A stretch of DNA of 63,750 nucleotides, the filler included, from Squatina squatina (taxonomy: Eukaryota): the NCBI GenBank assembly GCA_031763465.1. It is 4 parts of 4 records of this genome, joined end to end, with 100 filler letters (N's around TTAATTAATTAA, not from the genome) between each part and the next. Parts side by side here need not be neighbours in the genome. Positions count along the whole stretch, not along the records: positions 51,475 to 63,750 come from JARFOE010000222.1; 3 more parts are not named here. One strand, written 5' to 3'. The first letter of the stretch is position 1. Every line of letters starts with the position of its first letter. A program made the position numbers and the translations under genes. The notes below the pieces were generated by a model that searched no databases, had not been told where the DNA came from, and worked only from the letters and a program-made list of their open reading frames with translations. This document shows positions 63,315 through 63,750 of this stretch, piece after piece.

Positions 63315-63750
63315 GTAAGTAACCGACAGCAGCAAAATGCAAGGTTTTGTCTGGAGAAGTCCTTGAGCCATAATACTGTCCAGGCACGGGAACTCGCGCA
63401 GGGGGAAGATATCTACAACCTCCCCTTTCACTAAACTGAAATACTGTCTGCAGAAGTGAGCTCTTTGGGTTCTGATTTGTACTTTGTTACAAAAACTCTG
63501 ATGCTGTTGTTTTTCTTTTAACTTATGACCCTGAAATTTTCATGGGCTTTCTGACACACCCTTGCTGTAAGTCAGGCAGGAGTGCGATGGAAGGCCTGGG
63601 AATTAAGCTGAGACCTGGGGTAACCAGTCTCAGCCTTCACTGATGGTTCCTGCAGGGCCTTGTTTGGGGTAGAAGCTGTATCAGCTTCAAGCAAGGTCAC
63701 CACTTCAGGGGGCGGAGTGGCTGGGAGGGCAGGGTCTCCTAGGCTGGGGT

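Overview
Eukaryotic DNA, almost certainly from a cartilaginous fish (shark-type Deu-SINEs, CR1/L2/RTE LINEs and vertebrate-type exons), in a heavily gapped draft assembly with many fixed 100-N and 10-N gaps. Three gaps contain the artificial six-frame-stop linker TTAATTAATTAA (16163, 33876, 51419), which splits the window into four apparently unrelated scaffolds. (1) 1-16118: one MORN4 exon (-) and three ZFYVE27/protrudin coding exons (+). (2) 16219-33831: ULK2 3' end with a long 3'UTR, two NXN exons flanking a 17-bp minisatellite, and one GLOD4 exon. (3) 33932-51374: FAM135A and SMAP1 exons, with the first coding exon of an unidentified aminergic-like class A GPCR placed inside a SMAP1 intron. 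(4) 51475-63750: two IQSEC3 exons. Gene names come from my recall of human protein sequences, not from a database search. I found no prokaryote-type system and no clearly new multi-gene system. The best leads are the nested GPCR, an RTE element with a 5' inversion and target-site duplication, the NXN terminal exon lacking its expected splice acceptor, clustered miR-26 seed sites in the ULK2 3'UTR, and an RFX X-box divergent promoter next to ZFYVE27.
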